From assembly GCA_028279805.1 (NCBI GenBank), contig JANQMZ010000007.1, positions 30,001-62,000 on the forward strand: a stretch of 32,000 nucleotides of DNA, given 5' to 3'. Position numbers and translations under genes: made by a program. A model generated the notes under the pieces. It worked only from the letters and a program-made list of their open reading frames with translations. It did no database searches and was not told the DNA's origin. This document shows positions 9,290-17,405 of the stretch, in pieces. This stretch comes from an archaeon (GTDB taxonomy: Archaea > Iainarchaeota > Iainarchaeia > Iainarchaeales > JANQMZ01). Within the stretch, counting starts at the first letter, position 1. Each line of letters begins with the position of its first letter.

Positions 9290-10436
9290 GCATTTCTTTT
9301 GCAACCAATGCCATTGTTTTTTCAAATTTTTTTAACTGGCTAATCTGAATATATTCGTTTGGCTGATGTGCAACATCATCCCCGATACCTACATCAATTG
9401 CATTAATTTTGGGAACCATGTCTTTTGCAACCGTTCCGCCTTCCAGTCCTCTGAGTTTTGGGTTTTTTCCGGTTACTTTTTTTATATTTTTTTTCAGAAC
9501 TTTTACCAGTTCACTTTTTTCGTCCACAACATGCGGCTTTAATTTTACCATTATTTCTATTTTAAATTTTCCTTGTGTTTTTTTTGCCAATTGTTTTATT
9601 TTTTTAATTGCTTTGTCAACATTTTGTCTCGGAACAAATCTCATGTCAACTTTTGCTTCACAAACACTTGGAACCATGTTTGGGGCCGAGCCTCCTTTTA
9701 TTGCTCCAATATTAATTGTTGGTTTTGTAAAATGTTTGTGTTTTTTGTAAGGAATTTTTAACTGTTTTAATTTTTTTAAAAAAAGCATCATGTTTTCAAT
9801 TGCATTTTCTCCCAGCCATGGCCTTGAACCATGAACCTGTTTTCCATAACTTGTTATTTTGAAAAATACTCCTCCTTTTTCTCCTATTGCAATTGTTTTC
9901 AGATTGTCAGCAATATCAGGGATAATTGCGTTTGTTGCAAAAATTTTTTTTTCTTTCATTAAAAAAGTTGTTCCATATTTTGAACCTAATTCTTCATCTG
10001 CTGCAAAAACCAGTAACAATTTTGAATGGAATTCTTTTTCAAATTTTTTCAAAATTTTTCCCAGTATTATTGTTGAAGCTACAGCTCCTTTATTGTCCTG
10101 GGCTCCCCGTCCAAAAACTTTTCCTTTTTTTACAACACCTTTGAAAGGATTTGTTTTCCAGCCATCTCCGGCCGGAACGGTATCCAGATGGCAGGCTATC
10201 AGCAATTCGGCTTTTCCTTTTCCTATTTCTGCAACCAAATTGGTTCTGCCTTTCATTTTTTCATATTTTTTGTATTTTATTTTGCTTTTTTTCAGCTCTT
10301 TTTCCACTATTTTAGCCGCTTTGTATTCGTTTCCAGGCGGATTAACTGTTTTGGCTTGAATCAGTTTTTTTAACAAATTCACTGTTTCTTTTTCTCTTTT
10401 TTGCACCTGTTTTGTTAATTCTTTTTCTGAAACCAT
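9279..10436 (-). CDS. M20 family metallopeptidase/deacylase (ArgE/DapE-like)
   Basis: LIACHLDTVPAGDGWKTNPFKG, GRGAQDNKGAVA, FAADEELGSKYGT, KMVPKINAIDVGIGDDVAHQPNEYI. Confidence 0.88.
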   Translation of the reverse strand: MVSEKELTKQVQKREKETVNLLKKLIQAKTVNPPGNEYKAAKIVEKELKKSKIKYKKYEKMKGRTNLVAEIGKGKAELLIACHLDTVPAGDGWKTNPFKGVVKKGKVFGRGAQDNKGAVASTIILGKILKKFEKEFHSKLLLVFAADEELGSKYGTTFLMKEKKIFATNAIIPDIADNLKTIAIGEKGGVFFKITSYGKQVHGSRPWLGENAIENMMLFLKKLKQLKIPYKKHKHFTKPTINIGAIKGGSAPNMVPSVCEAKVDMRFVPRQNVDKAIKKIKQLAKKTQGKFKIEIMVKLKPHVVDEKSELVKVLKKNIKKVTGKNPKLRGLEGGTVAKDMVPKINAIDVGIGDDVAHQPNEYIQISQLKKFEKTMALVAKEMLID

Positions 10437-10524
10437 GCATTCTTAATCTTTAATTATTTTTTTAAATCTCTCTTTTGCTTTTTTGGCATCAAATTTAATA
10501 AGGTGTTTTTTCACAAACCTATGA

Positions 10525-12075
10525 ATGCCTGAAGAATTAATTGTGCCGGACAGATATTGCCATGTGCTCAAAGTTAAGCCTTTTCACATTCATACCGGTG
10601 CTCTGGTTGTCGTTTTAAATGATGTTGATGCAAAAGAACTTGGAATTTTTGCCAACGACCGGGTGCGAATTACCAATAATAAAAAAAAGTTAAGCGTTGT
10701 TGCAGTTGCTGATATTACTCATTCTGAAAATCATGATTTTATTAAGGAAAATGAAATAGGTGTTTTTTCAGAGGTAATTAAAAGACTGGATTTGAAAGAA
10801 AATGATTTGGTTGAAGTTTGTGCTGTAGAACTTCCAAAAAGTGTTGAATTTATTAAAAAAAAGTTAAACAACCAGGTTTTAACTGCTGAAGAAATTAATG
10901 AAATTGTTAAAGATTTGGATGAAAACAGGTTAAGCAGTATTGAAGCATCTGCTTTTGTTTCAGCTGTTTATGTTAACGGTTTTAACCTGGATGAAACTGT
11001 TGCAATGACCCGTGCTTTGTCACGAAACGGCCAGAAAATTTCAATGGATTTGTCACCAATTGTTGACAAGCATTCAATTGGAGGAATTAATGGCAGGGTT
11101 ACAATGATTGTTGTTCCGATTGTTGCTGCAGCCGGCTTGTTTATTCCCAAAACATCTTCCAGAAGCATTACTTCTGCTGCCGGTACAGCCGATGCAATGG
11201 AAGTGTTGGCAAATGTTTCTTTAAATTTTAATCAGATTAAAAAAATAACCCAAAAAGTCGGAGGAGTTATTGCTTGGGGTGGAGCGTTAGATTTGGCTCC
11301 GGTTGATGATAAAATTATCAAAATAGAACATCCTTTGTCGCTGGATCCGCAGGGACAGGTTATTGCAAGTGTTATGGCTAAAAAGCATTCAGTTGGTTCA
11401 CAGTTTGTTGTTGTGGATTTGCCAATAGGCCCCGGCTTAAAAGTTTCTGATAAAGAAGCGGCTGAGGAAATGGCAAAACTTTTTGTTCAGGTTGGCAAAA
11501 AAATAGGTGTAAAAGTTGAATCCGTTTTAACTGACGGCACAAAACCAACAGGAAAAGCATTCGGCCCTGCATTGGAAGCAAAATACGTTTTAGAGGTTTT
11601 GGAAAACAAATTTTTTGACAATTTGGCCCAAAAAAGCTGTGAATTATCAGGTGTTTTGCTTGAATTAGCCGGAAAATGCAAGAAAGGACAGGGTTTTGAA
11701 AAAGCAAAAGAAATCTTGCAATCAGGAAAGGCTTTGGATAAAATGAAGGAAATAATCAAGGCACAGGGTGGCAAAATTTTCAAATCTGAAGATGTTGAAC
11801 TGGGAAAATTTGTTTTTGAAGTCAAATCTGAAAGTGAGGGAGAAATAAGCAACATTAACGGCCCGTTATTAACTCAGATTGCCCGTGTTGCAGGAGCTCC
11901 GGCTGACAAAAAAGCCGGCGTTTTATTGCATGTTGAAGAGGGAGACAACATAAAAAAAGGTGATTTGTTGTTTCAAATTTTTGCTTCAAATGAAAGAAAA
12001 TTTGATTCAGCAAAAAAAGCTGCCAAAGCATCCTCAATTCAATTGGAAAAAACAATAATTGAAAGATTTGTTTAA
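10525..12075 (+). CDS. deoA: AMP phosphorylase (archaeal thymidine phosphorylase-like family)
   Basis: LKVKPFHIHTGALVVVLNDVDAKELG, DKHSIGGINGRVTMIVVPIVAAAG, TSSRSITSAAGTADAMEVLA. The true start may be the GTG near 10571. Confidence 0.93.
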   Translation: MPEELIVPDRYCHVLKVKPFHIHTGALVVVLNDVDAKELGIFANDRVRITNNKKKLSVVAVADITHSENHDFIKENEIGVFSEVIKRLDLKENDLVEVCAVELPKSVEFIKKKLNNQVLTAEEINEIVKDLDENRLSSIEASAFVSAVYVNGFNLDETVAMTRALSRNGQKISMDLSPIVDKHSIGGINGRVTMIVVPIVAAAGLFIPKTSSRSITSAAGTADAMEVLANVSLNFNQIKKITQKVGGVIAWGGALDLAPVDDKIIKIEHPLSLDPQGQVIASVMAKKHSVGSQFVVVDLPIGPGLKVSDKEAAEEMAKLFVQVGKKIGVKVESVLTDGTKPTGKAFGPALEAKYVLEVLENKFFDNLAQKSCELSGVLLELAGKCKKGQGFEKAKEILQSGKALDKMKEIIKAQGGKIFKSEDVELGKFVFEVKSESEGEISNINGPLLTQIARVAGAPADKKAGVLLHVEEGDNIKKGDLLFQIFASNERKFDSAKKAAKASSIQLEKTIIERFV

Positions 12076-12220
12076 AAAAAATAATTTTAATTTTTAAATT
12101 TTACTTTTTTTTTGCTTTAATAATTCAGATAAGATTCAAATCTTTTTATTTTTCAAAGCCAGGCTAAAAGTATATTAAAATTTTGGTAAAAATTCTAATA
12201 ACATTCATATTTGTTATTGC

Positions 12221-12231
12221 AGGGAGGAGGG
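12221..12231 (+). promoter_or_regulatory. Strong Shine-Dalgarno-like sequence (agggaggaggg) before the ATG at 12239
   Basis: Purine-rich, anti-SD-complementary string 7 nt before the start codon; preceded by an AATAAC...GTTATT inverted repeat (12197-12218). Confidence 0.6.
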
Positions 12232-12238
12232 TAAAAAT

Positions 12239-14260
12239 ATGGATAATGTAACAAAAAAAATACTAACAGTATTTTTTCTAATTTTTTTAACGACAAGTGT
12301 CTCAGCATGGTGGGATTCGGACTGGAGCAACAAACAGAGACTAACACTATCAACATCCAGTCTTTCTAATGATGTAACTAGTGACCAGCCCATAATGGTT
12401 AAAATTGATTCAACAGATACGGATTTTTGGAATAATGTTCTAAGCGACGGAAGAGATGTTCGTTTTATTGCTGCAGATGATTTAACTGAATTGGTTTATC
12501 ATTTTGAAAAATTTGATTCTGTTGGTGATGAAATGATTGCATGGGTAAAAGTAACCGATACTTTTAGTTCCAGCAGTGACATGAATATTTTCATGTATTA
12601 TAACAATCCAACTGCGGTTGATAATCAGAATGAAAGCGGAACATATACAAGCAGTTATCAACAAGTTTACCATTTAGGTGAAGCTTCCGGAACATTGTTT
12701 GATTCAACTAGTAATGACAGAAATTCAACTGCTCAGCAATTAACAGCTTATCAGGCTGCAGGAAAAATAGGAGACGCAGCTGACTTTGAGTATGGTGTTG
12801 TGGATTATATTGATGTTCCTAAATGGTCTTTTGGTAATTCCGATATCACATTCATGGCTTGGGTAAAGCATGAATCTCTTGTTTCTGGTCAAACCATTGT
12901 TGGAAACTGGGGTTCTGGTGCAGAGCAAACAGGCAAAAGAAACTGGTTATTGGTTTTTGGAGCAACCCCGGGCAGATTCAGTGCAAATATTTACGATGGA
13001 GGAGGATCAGTTGCTAGAGCTGAAACGGATTTGAACACGTTTCCGATTTCAACAGGTGTTTGGTATCATCTTATAGGAACCTGGGATGATGCAAGCAATA
13101 CTGTTAAAATATATGTTGATGGTGTTCAGAGAGACGACAGCAACGCTGTTAATATCAGTATGGCTAATTCCACTCACACGTCATCTATAGGGTCACAGGA
13201 ACAGACTATTGAACCAATGGACGGAATAATTGACGAAATTAAAATCTTGAATACTGATTTGTCAGCAGATGAAGCAAAATTACTGTATGAATCGGAATCA
13301 GATCAATTAATAACTTTTGAATTGATTTCCGGTGGCAGTTCATCATCTTCCAGTGATCAGAATATTTGGCTAACATTTGTTTCTGATGATGGTAATGTTT
13401 CAGCAGACAATAATGCAGACACTTTAACAGTAACCGGTGGAACTGGAGTTGATTCAAGCATTGCCGGAGATGTTCTGACATTAATCTTTGACGCTACTGA
13501 AGTTCTGACAACTACTTGGGGCAATGGTTCTTTGTTTACTTGGACTTTTGATGCTTCAGCTGGAACAGATACTTCAATGGCTTTTGGAGACAATTCAATT
13601 GACATTACATCAGAAACACTAACAACTTCAGGAAATTTCAGTCTGGAAGGAAACAATAAAGAGCTGAGGTTTTATGAAGCAGCAAATTATGTTGGCTTTG
13701 AAGCACCAGCTTTAACATCAAATCAAATTTGGGTGTTGCCGGATTCTGATGGAGCATCAGACCAGGTTTTATCCACAGATGGTTCCGGTAACTTGTCCTG
13801 GGCTGATTCTAGTTCTGGTGGTGTGACAAAAATCTTTGGCGGTTATGGCATTGATGTTAATGCTAACACCGGGGATGTGAACATTACTGCGAATACGAAT
13901 GAAGTGTTTACAACAGTGGCTGTTACGAACAGAACGGGTTCGACTGTGAGCAAAGGAGATGTTGTGGTAATTGATTCTGGAAATGCCAACAGTGTCAAGT
14001 TTGCGGCAAATAATCCTGATACGAGACGTGTTTTAGGGGTTGTCCGCCTTGGTGGACTAAACCTGCAAACAATTTACGTGCAAACAACTGGTCGAGCTAC
14101 AGTGAATGCTAGCGGTTCCATTGATGTCGGAGACATTGTTGTTTCAACGAATGACAATGATGGAAAAGCGAGAACGGATAATACTCCTGGAAGGGCAAAG
14201 CTTGGAAGAGCTTTAACATCAGGAACGGATACTACTGTGGACATAGTAATTCAGACATAA
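12239..14260 (+). CDS. Large secreted protein: signal peptide, DUF2341, LamG/ConA-like domain, Ser linker, C-terminal viral-tail-fibre-like modules
   Basis: Signal peptide MDNVTKKILTVFFLIFLTTSVSA; DUF2341 hallmark WWDSDWSNKQRLTLS; LamG-like region VYHLGEASGTLFDSTSNDRN...GVWYHLIGTWDDASNTVKIYVDGVQ...GIIDEIKILNTDLSADEAKLLYES; Ser-rich linker GGSSSSSSDQ; fibre-like repeats ADTLTVTGGTGVDSSIAGDVLTL, IWVLPDSDGASDQVLSTDGSGNLSWAD, GDVVVIDSGNANSVKFAANNPDTRRVLGVV. Confidence 0.85.
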   Translation: MDNVTKKILTVFFLIFLTTSVSAWWDSDWSNKQRLTLSTSSLSNDVTSDQPIMVKIDSTDTDFWNNVLSDGRDVRFIAADDLTELVYHFEKFDSVGDEMIAWVKVTDTFSSSSDMNIFMYYNNPTAVDNQNESGTYTSSYQQVYHLGEASGTLFDSTSNDRNSTAQQLTAYQAAGKIGDAADFEYGVVDYIDVPKWSFGNSDITFMAWVKHESLVSGQTIVGNWGSGAEQTGKRNWLLVFGATPGRFSANIYDGGGSVARAETDLNTFPISTGVWYHLIGTWDDASNTVKIYVDGVQRDDSNAVNISMANSTHTSSIGSQEQTIEPMDGIIDEIKILNTDLSADEAKLLYESESDQLITFELISGGSSSSSSDQNIWLTFVSDDGNVSADNNADTLTVTGGTGVDSSIAGDVLTLIFDATEVLTTTWGNGSLFTWTFDASAGTDTSMAFGDNSIDITSETLTTSGNFSLEGNNKELRFYEAANYVGFEAPALTSNQIWVLPDSDGASDQVLSTDGSGNLSWADSSSGGVTKIFGGYGIDVNANTGDVNITANTNEVFTTVAVTNRTGSTVSKGDVVVIDSGNANSVKFAANNPDTRRVLGVVRLGGLNLQTIYVQTTGRATVNASGSIDVGDIVVSTNDNDGKARTDNTPGRAKLGRALTSGTDTTVDIVIQT

Positions 14261-14279
14261 CAATATTCACGGTAACCAT

Positions 14280-14313
14280 AAAGAGAGTTAAAAACTCTCT
14301 TTTCCTTTTTTTT
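14280..14313 (+). terminator. Intrinsic-terminator-like hairpin followed by a T-rich tract
   Basis: AAAGAGAGTT-AAA-AACTCTCTTT perfect 10-bp stem (14280-14302), then TTCC-type T-rich tract, directly after the 12239 gene and between convergent genes. Confidence 0.65.
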
Positions 14314-14337
14314 ATATTTCAAAAAGATTTTGTCATG

Positions 14338-15153
14338 TTAATTGTAAATTTTGTTAAACAGTTCAACAAATTCGTTTACTTCCAGTTGCATTGTTTTTTT
14401 TGTTTCCAAACCTAAACTCTGTATTGCCTTTTTAATTTTTTTTTCATCCGGCTTGTTTTTAAAAAATTTTAAACTTTTTTGAATCGAATTTCCGATATTT
14501 TTGTTTTTATAGCGAAAAATTTGTTCTAAAAATTTTTTAAATCTTTTTTCATTTTTTGCTTTTGTTTTTTTTTCTTTTTTTTGCAAAACAATTATTGCAG
14601 AATCCGTGTTAGGCTTTGGATAAAAATTGTTAGGTGAAACAATTTCTAATATTTCAATATCACAATAATACTGGGTCAAAACGCTTAACGCGGTATAACT
14701 TTTTAGTCCCGGAATTGCGTTCAACTTTTCCGCAAAATCAATTTGAAAAACCAAAATCCCGGAATCAAAACCATGTTCTAACAATTTTAACATTATTTCC
14801 TTGCTTAAATTGTACGGAGGCAAGGAAACAACTTTGTTAAATTTTGGCAAAGGCGTTTTCAAAAAACTTCCTTCAATTATTTCAACATTTTTTGACTTGA
14901 TTTCATTGTTTAACAGTTTAACCAGTTTGAAATCAACTTCCAAAGCCTTAACTTTTGCTTTTTTTGCAAGTTTTTTTGTTAAAAAACCTGTTCCTGCACC
15001 AATTTCAAAAACAACATCATTTTTTTTCAAATCAGCTTTTTCAATCATTTTGTCCAGAATTTTTTCATTTATGATAAAATGCTGTCCCAGTTTTTTTAAC
15101 GGGCTTACTCTGTATTTTACAAGAAAATTTTGGAGTTCCTGAAATAAGCTCAT
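14338..15153 (-). CDS. rsmA: RsmA/KsgA/Dim1-family rRNA adenine dimethyltransferase with altered motifs
   Basis: Likely start MSLFQELQNFLV at 15153 (the listed ORF extends to 15204). KKLGQHFIINEKILDKM and EIGAGTGFLTKKLAKK; synteny with DUF655-rpoF-rpl21e. Confidence 0.9.
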   Translation of the reverse strand: MSLFQELQNFLVKYRVSPLKKLGQHFIINEKILDKMIEKADLKKNDVVFEIGAGTGFLTKKLAKKAKVKALEVDFKLVKLLNNEIKSKNVEIIEGSFLKTPLPKFNKVVSLPPYNLSKEIMLKLLEHGFDSGILVFQIDFAEKLNAIPGLKSYTALSVLTQYYCDIEILEIVSPNNFYPKPNTDSAIIVLQKKEKKTKAKNEKRFKKFLEQIFRYKNKNIGNSIQKSLKFFKNKPDEKKIKKAIQSLGLETKKTMQLEVNEFVELFNKIYN

Positions 15154-15154
15154 T

Positions 15155-15727
15155 TTAATGTTTTCCCCTAAAATGAGGTTTTTCCTGTGCAGGAGGCCGT
15201 ACAAACAAGTAGTGCTTTAATCCTTCTTCTTCCAGTTCTCTTAAAATTCGTTTAACTATTACAAGCCCCGGATCAGGCATTAAATCAACTCTTTTTTCAA
15301 TATCGTCAAATGATTCAAACTTTTTATGGTCTCTTTCCTCTAAAAGGTTTTCAGTGTGCTTTTTTCCCAGGCTTGGCAATAATTCAAGCTTATGTCTTCT
15401 GATAGTTATCGGGCCGGCATTATTGTAAAATTCAACATATTTTTTTTCATTTTCTTTTACCAGTTTTTTTATAGTGTTTTTAATTTCTGCAACGGATGTT
15501 GATGTCAAATCTTTGTAACCAATTCTTCTTTTTATAAACTCAACTTTGTCTCTTTCATCTTTTCCTACATAAACTTTTTCAAAAGCTTTTAATTCTCCTT
15601 TTGGAACAATCTCCAGTAATGTAAAAAATTCTGTTCCAATAACCTGTGCTATTGGCTCGCTTTTAAAACTTGAACCTTTTCCTTTTGGAAGATAATCTAA
15701 AACTATGGCATATTCTTCTGCGGGCAT
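15155..15727 (-). CDS. DUF655 family protein (conserved archaeal)
   Basis: EEYAIVLDYLPKGK and C-terminal HhH-like region; canonical position between rpoF and rsmA in archaea. Confidence 0.85.
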   Translation of the reverse strand: MPAEEYAIVLDYLPKGKGSSFKSEPIAQVIGTEFFTLLEIVPKGELKAFEKVYVGKDERDKVEFIKRRIGYKDLTSTSVAEIKNTIKKLVKENEKKYVEFYNNAGPITIRRHKLELLPSLGKKHTENLLEERDHKKFESFDDIEKRVDLMPDPGLVIVKRILRELEEEGLKHYLFVRPPAQEKPHFRGKH

Positions 15728-15752
15728 TTAAATCACCACCGCTTAAAGCGGA

Positions 15753-16244
15753 CTATTTTTTATCGGAAGCGTTTTCTTCTGCTTCTTGTTTTGCTTTTTC
15801 TTCAGCTTCCTTTTTTCTTTTTTCTTCCTCTTCTTTTGCTTTTTGTTTTAATTTTTTGGCTGTTTTTTTTGCCGCTGCAGCAGAATCTTTTGCCCTGTCA
15901 CTTATGTCTTTGCCGCCGTATTTTTTAACCGTTTCCAGTATTGTGTCAAGAGTGTCTTCTTTAAACTCGCTTTCTTTTGGAATTAAAATTTTTAAAATTT
16001 CTTTTTCCATTGGCATTATGTCAACAATTTTCACAGCAAACTCTTCACTGACTCCGTCAATTGCTTTTAAATCTTTTAATAATTTGTCAGCTTTTGTTCT
16101 TGTCAGTTTTGAAAAGGTTTTAGCATAATTGTAAGCTGCTTCCTGCTCATAATTTAAGTCTTTCATTTTTTTGTTTTCTTTTAACAAATCCTTAACTTCA
16201 ACTAATGTTACAACTTTTTTTTCTAAAATTTTTTCTCCAATCAT
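15753..16244 (-). CDS. rpoF: DNA-directed RNA polymerase subunit F (Rpo4) with Lys/Glu-rich C-terminal extension
   Basis: VTLVEVKDLLKE...YEQEAAYNYAKTFSKL...ADKLLKDLKAIDGVSEEFAVKIVDIMP; synteny with rpl21e. Confidence 0.88.
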   Translation of the reverse strand: MIGEKILEKKVVTLVEVKDLLKENKKMKDLNYEQEAAYNYAKTFSKLTRTKADKLLKDLKAIDGVSEEFAVKIVDIMPMEKEILKILIPKESEFKEDTLDTILETVKKYGGKDISDRAKDSAAAAKKTAKKLKQKAKEEEEKRKKEAEEKAKQEAEENASDKK

Positions 16245-16564
16245 TTTTTCACCTTTTTTTGTTCTAAAACTTTTAAATGAACAGGGTGAATTAAAACTTC
16301 TTTGCTTTTTCCCCTGTCTGAAATTATAATCTTGTAATGTGTTCCCTGCCTTGTTGGGTTTTCTTTTTCACCTAAAACTGTGCCGGTTTTTCCATGATGT
16401 CTTGAATTCGGCAAACTTTTGTTGTATGAACCATCAGTTTTAATCTGAACTTTTGAATTTCCGGGAATCTGAATAACGTGCTTGTTTACAGTTGTTTTTG
16501 AGCCTTTTCTTGAAAATTTGCTTCTTGTTTTAGCTCTTTTTCCAACAGCTTTTTTGTTTGCCAT
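16241..16564 (-). CDS. rpl21e: 50S ribosomal protein L21e
   Basis: VNKHVIQIPGNSKVQIKTDGSYNKSLPNSRHHGKTGTVLGE, the L21e signature. Confidence 0.9.
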   Translation of the reverse strand: MANKKAVGKRAKTRSKFSRKGSKTTVNKHVIQIPGNSKVQIKTDGSYNKSLPNSRHHGKTGTVLGEKENPTRQGTHYKIIISDRGKSKEVLIHPVHLKVLEQKKVKK

Positions 16565-16813
16565 TAAATCACCTTTAAACTTTGAAAATCATTGATTAAA
16601 TTAGTCTGAATATAACCAATTACTCAAAGAAAACTATTTAAATTGAAGTTAAAACGTTAAAAAAAGCAAAAACCTGATTAAATCCTTTTTAAATGATTTT
16701 TTTCATCGTTTTAAGTGCTTTAAATATCTTTTTAAAGCTTTTTAAACTATAAATCCTATTTATAAATAAATAACAAATTAAAGGGAATAAATTAATTTGT
16801 GAGGTTTTTTTTT

Positions 16814-17389
16814 ATGAAGTATGAAATTGTTAATCTTGTTGCTTCTGCAAGCTTGTCGGGCACTCTTGATTTGTATGAATTGGCTATGTCAATTCCCAAC
16901 ATTGAATATGAACCGGAACAGTTTCCCGGTGCAATACTAAAACTGCGTGAACCAAAAGTTTCAATGCTTTTGTTCAAAAACGGTAAAGTTATTTGTTCTG
17001 GTGCAAGCAATGAAGAACAAGTTGCGCAGGCTATCAGAAAAGCTTCAAAACTTATTAATGAAATTCAGAAAGACATTAAGGTTCAGAGAAAAGTTAATTA
17101 TACTGTTGTTAACCTGGTTGCAACAGCCAACCTGAAAACAACTCTTGACTTGTTTCATGTTGCTTTAAATCTTGACAATGTTGAATATGAACCTGAACAG
17201 TTTCCGGGAGCAATTTTAAGAATTCATGACCCGAAAATAACTTTGTTGTTGTTTAAAAACGGTAAAGTTATTTGTGCCGGTGCAAAAAGAGAAGAACTTT
17301 TGAAAAAAGGCTTAAACAAAGCGGCAAAACTTGTTAAAAATATCACAAAGCAAAAAAAATCATCAGGCGACAATCTTTTGGTTGAATGA
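16814..17389 (+). CDS. tbp: TATA-box-binding protein (two internal TBP repeats)
   Basis: IVNLVASASLSGTLDLYELAMSIPNIEYEPEQFPGAILKLREPKVSMLLFKNGKVICSGA, repeated as TVVNLVATANLKTTLDLFHVALNLDNVEYEPEQFPGAILRIHDPKITLLLFKNGKVICAGA. SD-like gagg upstream. Confidence 0.97.
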   Translation: MKYEIVNLVASASLSGTLDLYELAMSIPNIEYEPEQFPGAILKLREPKVSMLLFKNGKVICSGASNEEQVAQAIRKASKLINEIQKDIKVQRKVNYTVVNLVATANLKTTLDLFHVALNLDNVEYEPEQFPGAILRIHDPKITLLLFKNGKVICAGAKREELLKKGLNKAAKLVKNITKQKKSSGDNLLVE

Positions 17390-17405
17390 TTTTTGATGTG
17401 GTAAA

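Noticed and set aside
9409-10373. Several plus-strand ORFs (9409, 9573, 9859, 9926, 10188)
   Set aside because: Antisense shadows of the well-supported M20 peptidase gene; Phe/Ser/Leu-rich peptides result from AAA/GAA-rich codons on the other strand.
11378-12055. Overlapping minus-strand ORFs opposite AMP phosphorylase
   Set aside because: No recognisable domains; the plus-strand gene has clear conserved motifs throughout.
14634-16128. Plus-strand ORFs 14634, 14801 and 15670
   Set aside because: Antisense to rsmA, DUF655 and rpoF. The F/S/A-rich peptide at 15670 mirrors the Lys/Glu/Ala-rich Rpo4 tail.
16565-16813. AT-rich region between rpl21e and tbp as a possible replication origin
   Set aside because: TATA-like elements (for example tttataaata) explain the composition. 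I found no convincing ORB-like repeats or adjacent orc1/cdc6 gene.
16814-17334. Internal duplicated sequence, possibly a repeat element
   Set aside because: It is simply the two direct repeats of the TBP fold.
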